64,000 nucleotides of DNA. Source: Promethearchaeota archaeon. Lineage in GTDB: Archaea; Asgardarchaeota; Heimdallarchaeia; Hodarchaeales; Hodarchaeaceae. The stretch covers positions 205,383 through 269,382 of the forward strand of contig JBHLMN010000007.1 of the NCBI GenBank assembly GCA_048938105.1, written 5' to 3'. The notes under the pieces are model-generated. The model did no database searches, was not told the origin of the DNA, and saw only the letters and a list, made by a program, of their open reading frames with translations. The position numbers and the translations under genes are program-made. Positions 1-10,705 of this stretch are shown here, piece after piece. Position 1 is the stretch's first letter, and each line of letters starts with the position of its first letter.

Positions 1-850
1 CAATATAAATATCCTCAGAATCAAAAATTAAACTCGAATTTAAAAACGATGCTATGTCTCCGACCCAAATCGAGTAGCTATAGTTATTCAGGGGTAAAAT
101 TTCTTCAGTCCGAGAAACAGATACATTTGTAATAGCTATTCCAACCCCCTCACCATCAAAACTTGTTGGATAGCCCGAAGAATCGACCGCATAGGCTGTA
201 CTAAGATCAGTAACGCCAAAATCGGTTCCTGAGTCAACAATACCGATTGTGATACCTGTACCGTCTATTGGATAACTAAATTCACCTTTTCCTGTAACAT
301 TATTGACTCGATCAGCCCCCATTATTTTTTGTGTAGAGAATTGTTTATCGATTATCTCGGGTTCATTTTTCTTAAATTCTGTTTTTCTATCGGCAATTAC
401 AACCCCAACATCAGGTCTCGAATATACACGTCGCAATGCTTTAGGACTTGTAACATATCCTTGTATGATGTAACCACCGTTGAGTTTAGCTGCTTGGACG
501 ACTGTCATGTGCTCACTAAGGGTATTAAAATCAACTTCAGGTGTAGCCCCCATAAGAAAATAAATTCTATTCTTGTACGATCGAACGTCCTCAGGAATTT
601 CATTAGTATCGAGGTAGGAACGAAGTAGGGGATCTAGAAATTGATACTGATCATATTGTGGTTTTGAATAGCTACTAGGAGGAGGATTTCCAAAAAAATT
701 ACTAGAGAAGATCTCAGAAGGTGTACTACTAAATGATGGGGTAGAAAAAATCAAAGCTGGCATGTTTGCGCAAATTGTGATAATGAAAATTGTTATGAGG
801 GTCATTGAGACTGATTGTCTCTTCTTAAGAATTTGGAATTGATGGATCAT
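1..850 (-). CDS. Secreted S8 (subtilisin-like) serine protease, 5' part (runs off the window start)
   Basis: Not in the ORF track. Manual translation from ATG at 850: MIHQFQILKKRQSVSMTLITIFIITICANMPALIFS... (signal peptide), later DGTGITIGIVDSGTDFG, the subtilase catalytic-Asp motif; frame open through the part translated. Confidence 0.85.
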   Translation of the reverse strand, partial: MIHQFQILKKRQSVSMTLITIFIITICANMPALIFSTPSFSSTPSEIFSSNFFGNPPPSSYSKPQYDQYQFLDPLLRSYLDTNEIPEDVRSYKNRIYFLMGATPEVDFNTLSEHMTVVQAAKLNGGYIIQGYVTSPKALRRVYSRPDVGVVIADRKTEFKKNEPEIIDKQFSTQKIMGADRVNNVTGKGEFSYPIDGTGITIGIVDSGTDFGVTDLSTAYAVDSSGYPTSFDGEGVGIAITNVSVSRTEEILPLNNYSYSIWVGDIASFLNSSLIFDSEDIYI

Positions 851-986
851 TTTTCTCGTCTCTTTACAGTAGAGCATATTATATTCTATCAGAATGATAA
901 AGCTGACAGGGTCTTGGGTGGATTTCTATATAAGCTATTGCTACTAAACTAAGAAATAAAATGGAATTTCTTAATATTTTCTAGGT

Positions 987-1823
987 CTACTGGTTCAGAA
1001 AATTAATGATAAGCTGAAAATATTCATCGTGCTTTGTGAGACTAAGAATATGGCCACCACATTCGAAATTATGAAATTTTGCTCCAGGAAAAACTGATTG
1101 TAATGCGGCACTAGTGTCTTTTCCAACGAATGTATCGTCTTCAGCATTTATAATTAAAACCTGATTACTATGGTGCTCTAGTATAGATGAGTCAATCGAA
1201 AAGTGAGTATGAAAATCTACTAAACAATCATAATGACAAAGTACGACATCTTTACTGAATGCCTGATATAGAAATTGCTCATAAAAAGGTTTAATTTCTT
1301 CAGAAAAATCTATCCCTTTAAGAAACAACCTTTTTGCGATAGTTCTAACGACTTTGTCAGGTGTAAATTGTATCACCCTCCGAAAACGTTTTAATCTCTT
1401 CGGAATCTTACTATCTTTAACAGCTGTCCCTGTATTACTCAAAATGACCTTAGAGATCTTATCAGGAGATTCTTTTAATAAAAATTGCGCTACAAGTCCT
1501 CCAAATGATGCTCCAAACACATTAACATTATTTACTGATTCATTGTCAAGGACAGCTATGATTCCATCTATTAATGATTTCATCCGACAGATTAGAGGAT
1601 AAGATGGAGAAATAACTGTATATTTTTCTTCTAATTCCATTAAGAACTGGAACCTCATTCCAGGACGTCGTGGGCCTCCTGGAAGGAGGAGTATAACTTT
1701 ACCAGCTAATCCTCCAATAATATACTTCCATTCTATGCCATTAACCAAAATAGTTTTTTCTGGATGTTTAAGTTTAAAATTTTCATATTGAGCCATTGTA
1801 GATAGGTTTTGAGCGTTATTCAT
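987..1823 (-). CDS. Alpha/beta hydrolase
   Basis: GASFGG nucleophile elbow, ILLLPGG, late Asp (AEDD) and GGH catalytic His. Confidence 0.85.
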   Translation of the reverse strand: MNNAQNLSTMAQYENFKLKHPEKTILVNGIEWKYIIGGLAGKVILLLPGGPRRPGMRFQFLMELEEKYTVISPSYPLICRMKSLIDGIIAVLDNESVNNVNVFGASFGGLVAQFLLKESPDKISKVILSNTGTAVKDSKIPKRLKRFRRVIQFTPDKVVRTIAKRLFLKGIDFSEEIKPFYEQFLYQAFSKDVVLCHYDCLVDFHTHFSIDSSILEHHSNQVLIINAEDDTFVGKDTSAALQSVFPGAKFHNFECGGHILSLTKHDEYFQLIINFLNQ

Positions 1824-1840
1824 AGCGATTCAGCTTTAGT

Positions 1841-2401
1841 TTAGAAAAACAAAAAGTATCTGGGCACTTTTTTCATATATTCTCTATAATCATCCCCATA
1901 TTCCTTTAAACAAGCTTCTTCTTGTGCAAGAATATGAAAATGATTGAATATTCGCGAAAAACCAAAAAAGAAAATGAGAAACCAAGATCCCACTGCAAAG
2001 CAAATACCAAAGAACACTATTGTAAGCATTGTTTCTTGGGGATTACGTGAAATTTTATAAAACCCTCGGGTTACTGGTTCGTCCAAAGGGGTCATTTTAA
2101 AGTTAATGACGGCTATAACTTCTCCTACTATTCCTAATATGAATAAGCTTATTCCAATAAGGAATTCGATGGATCCAATAGCCAATGGAGTCAGTATTAT
2201 AAGAATCTGGACTATTAGAACGATAAGCTTTGACACTCCAGTTAAGATTTTTTGATTCTTTGTAAAAGTAGAGCGATCTAACAACCGAGAGCGGACTTCT
2301 TTAGGCATTATCAACAAAATTGTGGGTTGTAAAACCCAAATCCATATCAAAAGCAACCATCCACCAAACAGACTTAGTTGAAGTGCAGGAAAGAATTCCA
2401 T
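1841..2401 (-). CDS. Isoprenylcysteine carboxyl methyltransferase/PEMT-family membrane methyltransferase
   Basis: Multi-TM; VTRGFYKISRNP and EEACLKEYGDDYREYMKKVPRY motifs. Confidence 0.85.
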   Translation of the reverse strand: MEFFPALQLSLFGGWLLLIWIWVLQPTILLIMPKEVRSRLLDRSTFTKNQKILTGVSKLIVLIVQILIILTPLAIGSIEFLIGISLFILGIVGEVIAVINFKMTPLDEPVTRGFYKISRNPQETMLTIVFFGICFAVGSWFLIFFFGFSRIFNHFHILAQEEACLKEYGDDYREYMKKVPRYFLFF

Positions 2402-2545
2402 TTGAAACAGCCATTAATTGTTTATATTTACAAAACATTCTCTTCCAATTTAAAAAGTTTTCAGTTGTGAACATTTCAATTTTATGAATAGTTATTTCTA
2501 TTATGCGAAGAATGTTTTATTAATAAGGGTAGACATTATTCGAGA

Positions 2546-3643
2546 ATGCAGTTAGATTCATCATTGATAATTTCGAAACCTAAAAGCATGGAAAAACGGT
2601 TGGTGTATGAAATGAAGATAGTAACAATTGAGGATGTGAAAAATCTTCTTAGAATGTACATTCCCTCTGCAGCTTTAAGCGCAGCATTAGAGTTACATCT
2701 CTTCAAACAACTAAACGAAAGTCCACAAAGTGTTCAAAGTATATCTAAGACTTTTGATATTCCATTAGATCGTTGTCGATGTTGGCTTGACCTGTTAGTT
2801 GGATTAGATCTTCTGGAAAGGAAAAATGGAATTTATTCTCCGTCTTCTGTGGCGCAGACTACCCTTATTCAAACTTATAGTCATGAAACATGGTCACAAT
2901 TGGCACAGGAGGGTCGAGAACGATACCTATTAGGAAATGATTTAATATTGCACATTTCACATCCCAGATCAGTTTGGGAAGCACAAGGAAAAAAACCACC
3001 TGATTGGTTTAAACAGATCGAGGAGGATACAGAACGCGCAAGGCGATTTACTAGGATGTTGTACGAACTCCATCAACCCCTAGGAAAGACATTAGCTCAA
3101 ATTCTAGATATGTCTGGAGTGAAAAGACTCATGGATCTAGGAGGTGGATCGGGGGTGATATCATTAGCACTACTAGAGCAGAATCCTGATTTAACCGCTG
3201 TTGTCGTTGACATCCCGAATATTTGTATTGTTGGGAGAGAGATTGCAGCTACAACTACAGCGGAGGATCGTATCATTTATCATGCTGCAAACATCCTCCA
3301 AGATGAATTACCAACTGGATTTGATATGATACTTGATTGTGATGCTGGATTCTATTCAGAAGAGATATTATCCAAGTTATATGGTGTTTTGAATAAAAAT
3401 GGTCATTTAGTAATTGTTGATTGGTGGAATAGAGGAATTACAGATTCACAACCAGCAGGGGAATCATCTCTGCAGCATTTGATGCAAAGATTTGAATCGT
3501 CATTAGAGGTTTCTAGTTTCACCTATACTGTTAATACATTAGTAAAGGAGATAAAAAATCGTTTATCTAAAGCAGGATTTAGTAATATCACAGAGCAGAC
3601 ATTAGAAGATAAAACAATGATTATTCGGGCTCGAAAAGTCTGA
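2546..3643 (+). CDS. SAM-dependent O-methyltransferase (type 2, N-terminal dimerisation domain)
   Basis: AALELHLF dimerisation helix, LMDLGGGSG SAM motif; true start may be ATG 2612 after GGTG. Confidence 0.85.
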   Translation: MQLDSSLIISKPKSMEKRLVYEMKIVTIEDVKNLLRMYIPSAALSAALELHLFKQLNESPQSVQSISKTFDIPLDRCRCWLDLLVGLDLLERKNGIYSPSSVAQTTLIQTYSHETWSQLAQEGRERYLLGNDLILHISHPRSVWEAQGKKPPDWFKQIEEDTERARRFTRMLYELHQPLGKTLAQILDMSGVKRLMDLGGGSGVISLALLEQNPDLTAVVVDIPNICIVGREIAATTTAEDRIIYHAANILQDELPTGFDMILDCDAGFYSEEILSKLYGVLNKNGHLVIVDWWNRGITDSQPAGESSLQHLMQRFESSLEVSSFTYTVNTLVKEIKNRLSKAGFSNITEQTLEDKTMIIRARKV

Positions 3644-3723
3644 ATTGTTATAAAAACCTAAGATACATCAACCACTAATGTGGTATTCACAATCTTTTCT
3701 TACAAAGTTTCGGAAATGTTAAC

Positions 3724-4887
3724 TTAAGTTTCTTTTAGAGTAAATCGGCTGCCAATAAGAAATAATCCAAAGAATAGAAGCATTGCAATTAGATCGATGT
3801 TGAAGAGCTCTAAAATATATCCTTCGATAGAAATTTGTCGCAACAGATGAACTCCATACGTCGTAGGTAGTAAATAACAGACCCATCGAATAATCTCTGG
3901 GATTTGACTAATTGGAATGATTATTCCTGACAATAATAATGCTGGTAAAATCACTATCGGAACAAATTGGATCGCTTGAAATTCGGAACGAGCAAAAGAA
4001 GACAAAAAAATTGCTAAAACTAACCCTGTCCATCCAAGGATGACCGCACCAATATAAAGTGAGATATAATGTGCGAAAGTAGTTCCAAATGATACATTAA
4101 ACATGGCTCTTGCCACGATTATTATCACAGTCGTTTGAACCATACTAACTACTGAAAAGGTGGCAAGATAGCCAATAATAATCTGACCCTTATCATAAGG
4201 ACACTGTAGAAGTAATGGTAATGTTCCCCCTTTTCTTTCCCCTATCAAATTCATCATAACGAGTATGAAAGAGAAGAAAAATACACCGAAGATAATCATT
4301 GCAGGAGCAAAAAAATCTAGCGTTTTCAAATCCTCTCCATAAGCATATTCTACATCCAATTTGAGATTTTCTTGAAATTCACCCGTAGCCTCTTGAAATG
4401 CCTCCTGAAACGCCTGAATTATTACCCCTCCTTCTTGAGGATTACTATTGTCTAAAAATAGCTTGATTGTAAGATTTTGACCAGACCGCGAAGCCAGATT
4501 CTGTGTAAAGTTTTGAGGAATCCAAATAGCACATCGGTATTGCTTTTCGTTAACTAGTTCCTTAGCATCAGTATACTTAAGAGAACTGAGGGTAATATCC
4601 ACTTTGACCGAATCGTTTAGTGAATTTACAATTTTAGCTCCGAGAGAAGATACATTCTGATATGACATCTTTATGTATTCAGGAGGAGGAACTAGTTCTA
4701 TTCCCACTACTTGAGCATCAGTATCCTCATTGATGACAATTATTGGCTCATGTTCGATTTCTCCTCCGAATGCAATACCAAAAACTATTATGTAAATAAT
4801 TGGGGCGAATAATAACAGTCCTAATGTTCGTCTATCCCGTAGGAGTTGTTTCCACAATCTTAAAGCTATTAAATAAGCAAATCTCAT
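3724..4887 (-). CDS. ABC-2 type exporter permease
   Basis: N-terminal TM, large extracellular loop, five C-terminal TMs, ERKGGTL and LLSGIIIP motifs; ATGA overlap with the ATPase. Confidence 0.9.
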   Translation of the reverse strand: MRFAYLIALRLWKQLLRDRRTLGLLLFAPIIYIIVFGIAFGGEIEHEPIIVINEDTDAQVVGIELVPPPEYIKMSYQNVSSLGAKIVNSLNDSVKVDITLSSLKYTDAKELVNEKQYRCAIWIPQNFTQNLASRSGQNLTIKLFLDNSNPQEGGVIIQAFQEAFQEATGEFQENLKLDVEYAYGEDLKTLDFFAPAMIIFGVFFFSFILVMMNLIGERKGGTLPLLLQCPYDKGQIIIGYLATFSVVSMVQTTVIIIVARAMFNVSFGTTFAHYISLYIGAVILGWTGLVLAIFLSSFARSEFQAIQFVPIVILPALLLSGIIIPISQIPEIIRWVCYLLPTTYGVHLLRQISIEGYILELFNIDLIAMLLFFGLFLIGSRFTLKET

Positions 4888-5624
4888 GCCCTATCCCCCT
4901 TGATTAACTCAAAAAACATATTCTCCATATTTTGTTGTCCAGTTCGCTTCAATAGGTTTTCTGGTGTGTCAACTGCTAGGAGGGATCCATTTCTCATCAC
5001 CCCCACTCTGTCAGCCCACTCTGCTTCATTTAAGTAATGTGTAGTGACTAATATTGTGGTTCCTTGTTCATGAGCTATTTCTTTGAAATAATGCCAAAAT
5101 TCTCGGCGCAGTACAGGATCAAGACCAACTGTTGGTTCATCAAGAAACGCAATCTCTGGCCTATTTACCATTGCTTGCGCCAGAGCAGTTCTTTGTTGTG
5201 TGCCTCCTGATAAATGAAGACCTAACTTATTTTGATGTTCATTAAGAGAGAGTTTATCAATCATAAGAGAGGTGTTTTTGTCTGCTATTGTACCTGAAAG
5301 GCCTTTGGCCTGCGCGAAGAATTTAATATTCTCTTTAGTAGTCAAAAGATCATAAAGTGCCCTCTGTTGGGGGAGGTATCCCATTATCCGTCTGAGCTTC
5401 TTCTTCTCTTGAGGAATACGATATCCCTTAACTAAAATGTCTCCTGACCCCTTCTCAGACTTTAAAATTCCTAATAACAAACGAATAGTAGTGGTTTTCC
5501 CTGCTGCATTAGGTCCTACAAGACAAAAAATTTCTCCTCTATTCACTTGGAGATCCAAGTTATCTACTGCAATAACATCTCCAAATCGCTTGGAAACTTG
5601 AGACATTTCAATATCAAATGCCAT
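4884..5624 (-). CDS. ABC transporter ATP-binding protein
   Basis: Walker A GPNAAGKTT, LSGG signature, FLDEPT, TTH; start moved to ATG 5624 because GGTGAG RBS lies just upstream. Confidence 0.93.
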   Translation of the reverse strand: MAFDIEMSQVSKRFGDVIAVDNLDLQVNRGEIFCLVGPNAAGKTTTIRLLLGILKSEKGSGDILVKGYRIPQEKKKLRRIMGYLPQQRALYDLLTTKENIKFFAQAKGLSGTIADKNTSLMIDKLSLNEHQNKLGLHLSGGTQQRTALAQAMVNRPEIAFLDEPTVGLDPVLRREFWHYFKEIAHEQGTTILVTTHYLNEAEWADRVGVMRNGSLLAVDTPENLLKRTGQQNMENMFFELIKGDRA

Positions 5625-5703
5625 AAAACTCACCAAAACATACTTACAAGCATTAATTTCATTTTTTAGTTCTAATATTTAATTATTAATAATAATTAAT
5701 CTT

Positions 5704-5763
5704 TGTTACCCCTCAAGGGGAAACATTTATAAGCTTTTGGTTTTTGATACCCCTCAAGGGGTA
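5704..5763. promoter_or_regulatory. Two palindromic operators (TACCCCT-CA-AGGGG) flanking a TATA box, in the divergent ABC/TrmB promoter region
   Basis: TGTTACCCCTCAAGGGGAAACA at 5704-5725 and TACCCCTCAAGGGGTA at 5748-5763, with TTTATAAG between them. Confidence 0.8.
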
Positions 5764-5774
5764 AATTATATACA

Positions 5775-6674
5775 ATGAGTATTGATGAATTATTAATTGA
5801 GGATTTTCAAACGCTTGGGTTATCACAAAACGAAAGTAAAACTCTCTTAGCTCTAGTTCAACTGGGTGGATTGGGCGAAGTATCTAAAATCGAAGAAAGA
5901 ACAGATATCAGACGTAATAAAATCTATCAGGCACTTGGGGGCCTTATTTCTAAGAAATTAGTATTGAAAGGAGAAATTAAGGGGAGTGCTAATACATTTC
6001 GTCTTCTTTATAATAATCCATCTGATCTTATATCATATATGCAAAAAGCACTTATTGATCCAATTGAAAAAGCAGTTGAAAGGTCAACCCAGAATTTAGT
6101 AAAAATCACTGAAACTGTTGAGAAAATACCTCAAGAGATATGGATGATTAAAGGGAATTCTGATATTGAGCGAATTGAAAAAGAAACCATTGATTCTGCA
6201 AAAGCTTCGATATTTAGTAATTTAATCCCAGAATACATTGAGCCTGTTGTTTCTAATCTTCAAAATGCGATAAAAAGAGGAGTAAATGTATATCTAATTA
6301 TGTTAGAAGAGGAAACTGAACAACTGAAGGTTCCTTTAAGTACTATTTGCTCAGAACATTTAGGAATAAACGCAAGTAAATTAGGAACTCTTGGAAAAAT
6401 GATCCCAGTAGACGCAAATCCAATGATCAGTCCGATTTTAGATAGTCTCGGTCAATTCTTATCAATCCGACCCAATTTCCTTTTTATTGATTCAGAAACA
6501 GAAAATCCATCAGGATTATTAATTATTAAGTCCAGAAAAGATACTTCTTATTCAATTGCCTTACAAACTTATAATCAAGATTTTATAAGTTCATTTATGT
6601 ACTTAATAGAGTTTATTCAAAACATAGCATTGAATTTGAAGATGTTACAAGATGAATTCATTCCTAATGATTAA
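5775..6674 (+). CDS. TrmB-family transcriptional regulator
   Basis: LGLSQNESKTLLAL...IRRNKIYQALGGL wHTH; EIWMIKG and IDSAKASI effector domain. Confidence 0.88.
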   Translation: MSIDELLIEDFQTLGLSQNESKTLLALVQLGGLGEVSKIEERTDIRRNKIYQALGGLISKKLVLKGEIKGSANTFRLLYNNPSDLISYMQKALIDPIEKAVERSTQNLVKITETVEKIPQEIWMIKGNSDIERIEKETIDSAKASIFSNLIPEYIEPVVSNLQNAIKRGVNVYLIMLEEETEQLKVPLSTICSEHLGINASKLGTLGKMIPVDANPMISPILDSLGQFLSIRPNFLFIDSETENPSGLLIIKSRKDTSYSIALQTYNQDFISSFMYLIEFIQNIALNLKMLQDEFIPND

Positions 6675-6705
6675 TTTAGATTGAATACTTGGTTATTACT
6701 AAGGA

Positions 6706-7641
6706 TTGATTGTAATGACAAAGAATGGATTAATTCTAGTCTTGGGAGGCACAGGGCACTATGGTAGACATATTGTAAAAGCCCTGACCTCTAATAATCA
6801 TAAAGTAAGAGTTCTATCTCGAAATATGGCAAAAGCAAGGGAAATTCTTGGAGATGAACCTGAAATTGTAGAAGGAGATATTATTTCCAAAGAGGTAGTA
6901 ATCAAAGCTCTTGAAGGAGTAAAAGCAATAATTATCAGTATTTCTGCCTTCAATCGAAAAACAATTCGTAAATTAAAGCTCATTGAAAGAGATTCTGTGT
7001 TAATGGTTCTTGAAGAAGCAGAAAAACTAGGGATAAGCCGTATTGTGTATATTTCTGTTTATGAAAAACCAGATGCGGATATAGATATGCTTCAAGGCAA
7101 GATCAAACGAGAAATTGAAGATACATTAGAAAAATCAAGTTTCAATTATACAATCCTTGGAGCTCCTCCTTCAATGGAAATCTTCTTTGCTATGATTCGT
7201 AATGGAAAGATGACTGTCCCTGGGGGAGGCCCTCCAGCATTACCAACAATTTCCCCGATTGATCTGGGTATAATAGCGGCACAAACTGTAAGTCGATTTG
7301 ATTTAAATGAAAAACGTTTCAGTTTGGTTGGTTCTGATGTGATATCCTTTAGAGAAGCTGCAGAAAGAATATCAAATATCACGGGGAATAAAATTGGCTT
7401 TCGAAAGGTGCCACTTTTTCCAATAAGGATTGGAGCAGCTATCACGGGGTTATTAAGTCCAATTTTTCCGTATATTTCTCAAATGTTAAGATTCATAATA
7501 CTAATGAATACTGCATTTACAGCTGAGATTATAGATCAGGTTTATGAGCACCAAAAGCTACTTCAAGAGACCTTTGATTATCAACCAATGACTATAGAAG
7601 AGTTTGCAACAAGATATCATTGGAAAATCAAATCACCTTGA
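6706..7641 (+). CDS. NmrA-like/atypical SDR NAD(P)-binding protein
   Basis: ILVLGGTGHYG Rossmann motif, VRVLSRN, VEGD. Confidence 0.85.
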   Translation: MIVMTKNGLILVLGGTGHYGRHIVKALTSNNHKVRVLSRNMAKAREILGDEPEIVEGDIISKEVVIKALEGVKAIIISISAFNRKTIRKLKLIERDSVLMVLEEAEKLGISRIVYISVYEKPDADIDMLQGKIKREIEDTLEKSSFNYTILGAPPSMEIFFAMIRNGKMTVPGGGPPALPTISPIDLGIIAAQTVSRFDLNEKRFSLVGSDVISFREAAERISNITGNKIGFRKVPLFPIRIGAAITGLLSPIFPYISQMLRFIILMNTAFTAEIIDQVYEHQKLLQETFDYQPMTIEEFATRYHWKIKSP

Positions 7642-7683
7642 TAAGGACTTATTTTTTTATCATTTCATTATTGGTGATCATTT

Positions 7684-8262
7684 TTGGACTCAAATGAAGG
7701 AAAATTAATTATCCCCAAAACAGGTAGAATCGGAAGATTGGCGAAGATAATCGAATCTGAAACAAATCAGGATATCTTATTTAAAGTAATGCATGGCGTC
7801 GAGCAATACACATCAACTTCTAATTATAAACAAAAGGCTTCATGGGTACGAGGTGCGATTGAACGATTAGAACTTGAGGTAGGTGTTGAGAAGAGTAAAG
7901 CGATATTAGAGCAATGTGGGAGAAAATGTTGCGGAGTAACCAGTAGAAAGCGTGCAAAACAAGCTATGAATGAGTCAACATCACTTAAGGAATTCATAGA
8001 AAAATTAAATGCTAGAGGTATTGGGGGAGGTAGACTCAAACTTGAAGATAAGAACATAATTACTGGAGGGTATGATATATGTTATTGTGGGCAAGTTAAA
8101 CATACTCAAGAACCTTTTCTTACTGATACATACTGCCATTGCTCTGTTGGTTGGTATAAACAATTATTTGAATCTACTCTAAATAAGTCTGTGAATGTTG
8201 AACTTGTGCAATCCATTATTAGAGGATCAAAGACCTGTGAATTTGTTATTCATATAGAATAA
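7684..8262 (+). CDS. DUF6144/V4R-like Cys-rich protein
   Basis: CGRKCC, CYC, YCHCSVGWYKQLFE, SIIRGSKTCEF. Confidence 0.7.
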   Translation: MDSNEGKLIIPKTGRIGRLAKIIESETNQDILFKVMHGVEQYTSTSNYKQKASWVRGAIERLELEVGVEKSKAILEQCGRKCCGVTSRKRAKQAMNESTSLKEFIEKLNARGIGGGRLKLEDKNIITGGYDICYCGQVKHTQEPFLTDTYCHCSVGWYKQLFESTLNKSVNVELVQSIIRGSKTCEFVIHIE

Positions 8263-8348
8263 TTTAATTATCCTTTCATATCCTATAATCGTATTTTTCT
8301 ACTTATCATTGTTTAGCCAATTCAAAAAAAGATTATTCAGTTTTCAAC

Positions 8349-9209
8349 CTATCTTTTAGCTCTTAGAAATGTCCCTTTATGATATTCTTCAAAAGCGGTT
8401 TTAATTTCTTCTTGTGTATTCATAACAATAGGACCGTACCACGCAACTGGTTCTTTAATCGGTTTCCCCGAAACCAAAAGAAATCGCACATGTTCATCTT
8501 CTGATGCTGTAATTTGTACCAATTCACCTTCCCTGAAGATTATGAGATGTTCTTTGGAAACTAGTTGTTCTTTATTTGGTTCAAAATAGCCCTTTCCCTC
8601 AAAACAATATGCAAAAACAGTATAATCTTTATTAACTCTGTGTTCAAATGTTGTATTCTCAGGGATGAATACATCAATGTATTCAGGATTAGTTACAATA
8701 TTTTGAACAGGTCCCTTGATACCATTGATTTCTCCAGCTAAGATTCTAATTTTAATCCCATTATTAATCATGATTTCAGGAACCATATCTGCAGGAATAT
8801 CTTGGTAGCGAGGTGGCATCATTTTATTAGTTGCTGGAAGATTAACCCAGAGCTGGAACCCCCATAATAGGCCATCCACTTGTGCTGGCATCTCTGAATG
8901 AATGATACCAGATCCAGCTGTCATCCACTGGATATCTCCACTCTTAATGACACCTTGATTACCAATAGAATCTTGGTGTTCTACTTTTCCTTCAAGCATA
9001 TAAGTAACAGTTTCAATACCCCGATGGGGATGATTAGGAAATCCTGCAATATACTCATCTGGATTGTCAGAATGAAAATCATCAAATAAGAGGAATGGAT
9101 CGAGTATTACTACTTCCCGATGAGCAAATGCACGTTTCAAATGAACACCTGCTCCCTCAATTGTCGGTTTACTCTTGGAAACTCTCCGTATTCTTCTAAT
9201 TTTGTTCAT
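8349..9209 (-). CDS. Pirin family protein
   Basis: DPFLLFD, HPHRGIETVTY, WMTAGSGIIHSE, GPIVMN. Confidence 0.95.
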   Translation of the reverse strand: MNKIRRIRRVSKSKPTIEGAGVHLKRAFAHREVVILDPFLLFDDFHSDNPDEYIAGFPNHPHRGIETVTYMLEGKVEHQDSIGNQGVIKSGDIQWMTAGSGIIHSEMPAQVDGLLWGFQLWVNLPATNKMMPPRYQDIPADMVPEIMINNGIKIRILAGEINGIKGPVQNIVTNPEYIDVFIPENTTFEHRVNKDYTVFAYCFEGKGYFEPNKEQLVSKEHLIIFREGELVQITASEDEHVRFLLVSGKPIKEPVAWYGPIVMNTQEEIKTAFEEYHKGTFLRAKR

Positions 9210-9440
9210 ATGGTCCCAAATATTTCAATTAATTTAAATTTAATTTTGCATTATTCGTATTAAACCAAGAAAATCACTCTAGGCACCCCTTGAATTTTTA
9301 AACTAATGGGGATCATATCTATACTGGTTTATGTTGAAATATTATTCAACCGCAAGTTAAGAATCTTCAATCCTATCAAAGTCATCTATTTATCTTCAAT
9401 AAGAATTATCCCAAAAAAGAGCTTCAAGTGATAGAAAACA

Positions 9441-10613
9441 ATGAGACCAGATATTTCTTCTTTTCATATCATGATCAAACCGCATAGTTCTATTTGCAAT
9501 CTAAATTGCCAGTATTGTTATTATCTGTCTAAAAAAAGACTTTATCCTAATTCCAATTACCGAATGAATGATAAAACATTGGAAGAATTCATAAAACAGT
9601 ATCTTGAAGCACAAAAAACACCTGTTGTCTCGTTTGGGTGGCAAGGAGGAGAACCAGCATTAATGGGCATAGATTTTTTTGAGAAAGTGATCCATTACCA
9701 AAAGAAATACAATAAGGAGGGAAAAAAAGTCGAGAACACTTTTCAAACCAATGGAACTTTACTCAATGAAGATTGGGGGCGTTTTTTCAAGAAACACAAT
9801 TTCTTAATCGGAATTAGCATTGATGGTCCTCCGAAAATGCATGATGTGTATCGAGTTGATCGAAAAGGGACTCCCACTTTTAACAAAGTGAAATTAGGGC
9901 TTGACATTCTTAAAAAATATGAAGTAGAATACAATATTCTCACCTGTGTCCATTCTGTGAATGTAAATCACCCATTAGAAGTGTATAAGTATTTAAGAGA
10001 CGAATTACAAGTTAATTTTATCCAATTTATTCCTGTAGTTGAACGAAATATTGATGGGAGAGTTTCAGATTTTTCCACAACTGGAAGCCAATATGGTACT
10101 TTTTTACAGACTGTCTTTGATGAATGGGTTAGACATGATGTAGGAATGATTTTTATTCAAATTTTTGAGGTCGCTTTAGCTGCTTGGTTAAATTTACCCC
10201 TAAATTTGTGTACTTTCGCACCAAACTGTGGAAATGCGTTAGCTTTAGAGTACAATGGGGATATCTATGCTTGCGATCATTTTGTTACACCAGAGTACTT
10301 TCGTGGTAATTTATTATCACAATCACTTAAAGAAATCGTAAATTCACTAGATCAAAAGGAATTTGGGTTGAAAAAATCTAGGTTACTCCCTCAAGAATGT
10401 CAGCAATGTGAAGTGAGATTCGTATGTAATGGTGGATGCCCAAAAAACAGGTTTATTTCAACTGAAGAAAGAAACTCTGGATTAAATTATTTATGTGAGG
10501 GTTATAAGACTTTTTTTTCCTACATCGATCCTTATATGAAGTACATGGCAGATCAACTAAAGAGAAATAGACCTGCTACCAATATCATGGAATACTTAAA
10601 AGAGAAATCATAA
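9441..10613 (+). CDS. Anaerobic sulfatase maturase (radical SAM/SPASM, anSME)
   Basis: CNLNCQYCYY, WQGGEP, QTNGTLL, YACDHF, SPASM CQQCEVRFVCNGGCPK; adjacent to a sulfatase. Confidence 0.95.
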   Translation: MRPDISSFHIMIKPHSSICNLNCQYCYYLSKKRLYPNSNYRMNDKTLEEFIKQYLEAQKTPVVSFGWQGGEPALMGIDFFEKVIHYQKKYNKEGKKVENTFQTNGTLLNEDWGRFFKKHNFLIGISIDGPPKMHDVYRVDRKGTPTFNKVKLGLDILKKYEVEYNILTCVHSVNVNHPLEVYKYLRDELQVNFIQFIPVVERNIDGRVSDFSTTGSQYGTFLQTVFDEWVRHDVGMIFIQIFEVALAAWLNLPLNLCTFAPNCGNALALEYNGDIYACDHFVTPEYFRGNLLSQSLKEIVNSLDQKEFGLKKSRLLPQECQQCEVRFVCNGGCPKNRFISTEERNSGLNYLCEGYKTFFSYIDPYMKYMADQLKRNRPATNIMEYLKEKS

Positions 10614-10705
10614 TAAGAAATATTATTAATGTTAAAAATAATACAACCAGTATTATCAACCTAGAAGATGTATTTTCGTCTCAAGTCTCATTAATTTCCA
10701 ATAAG

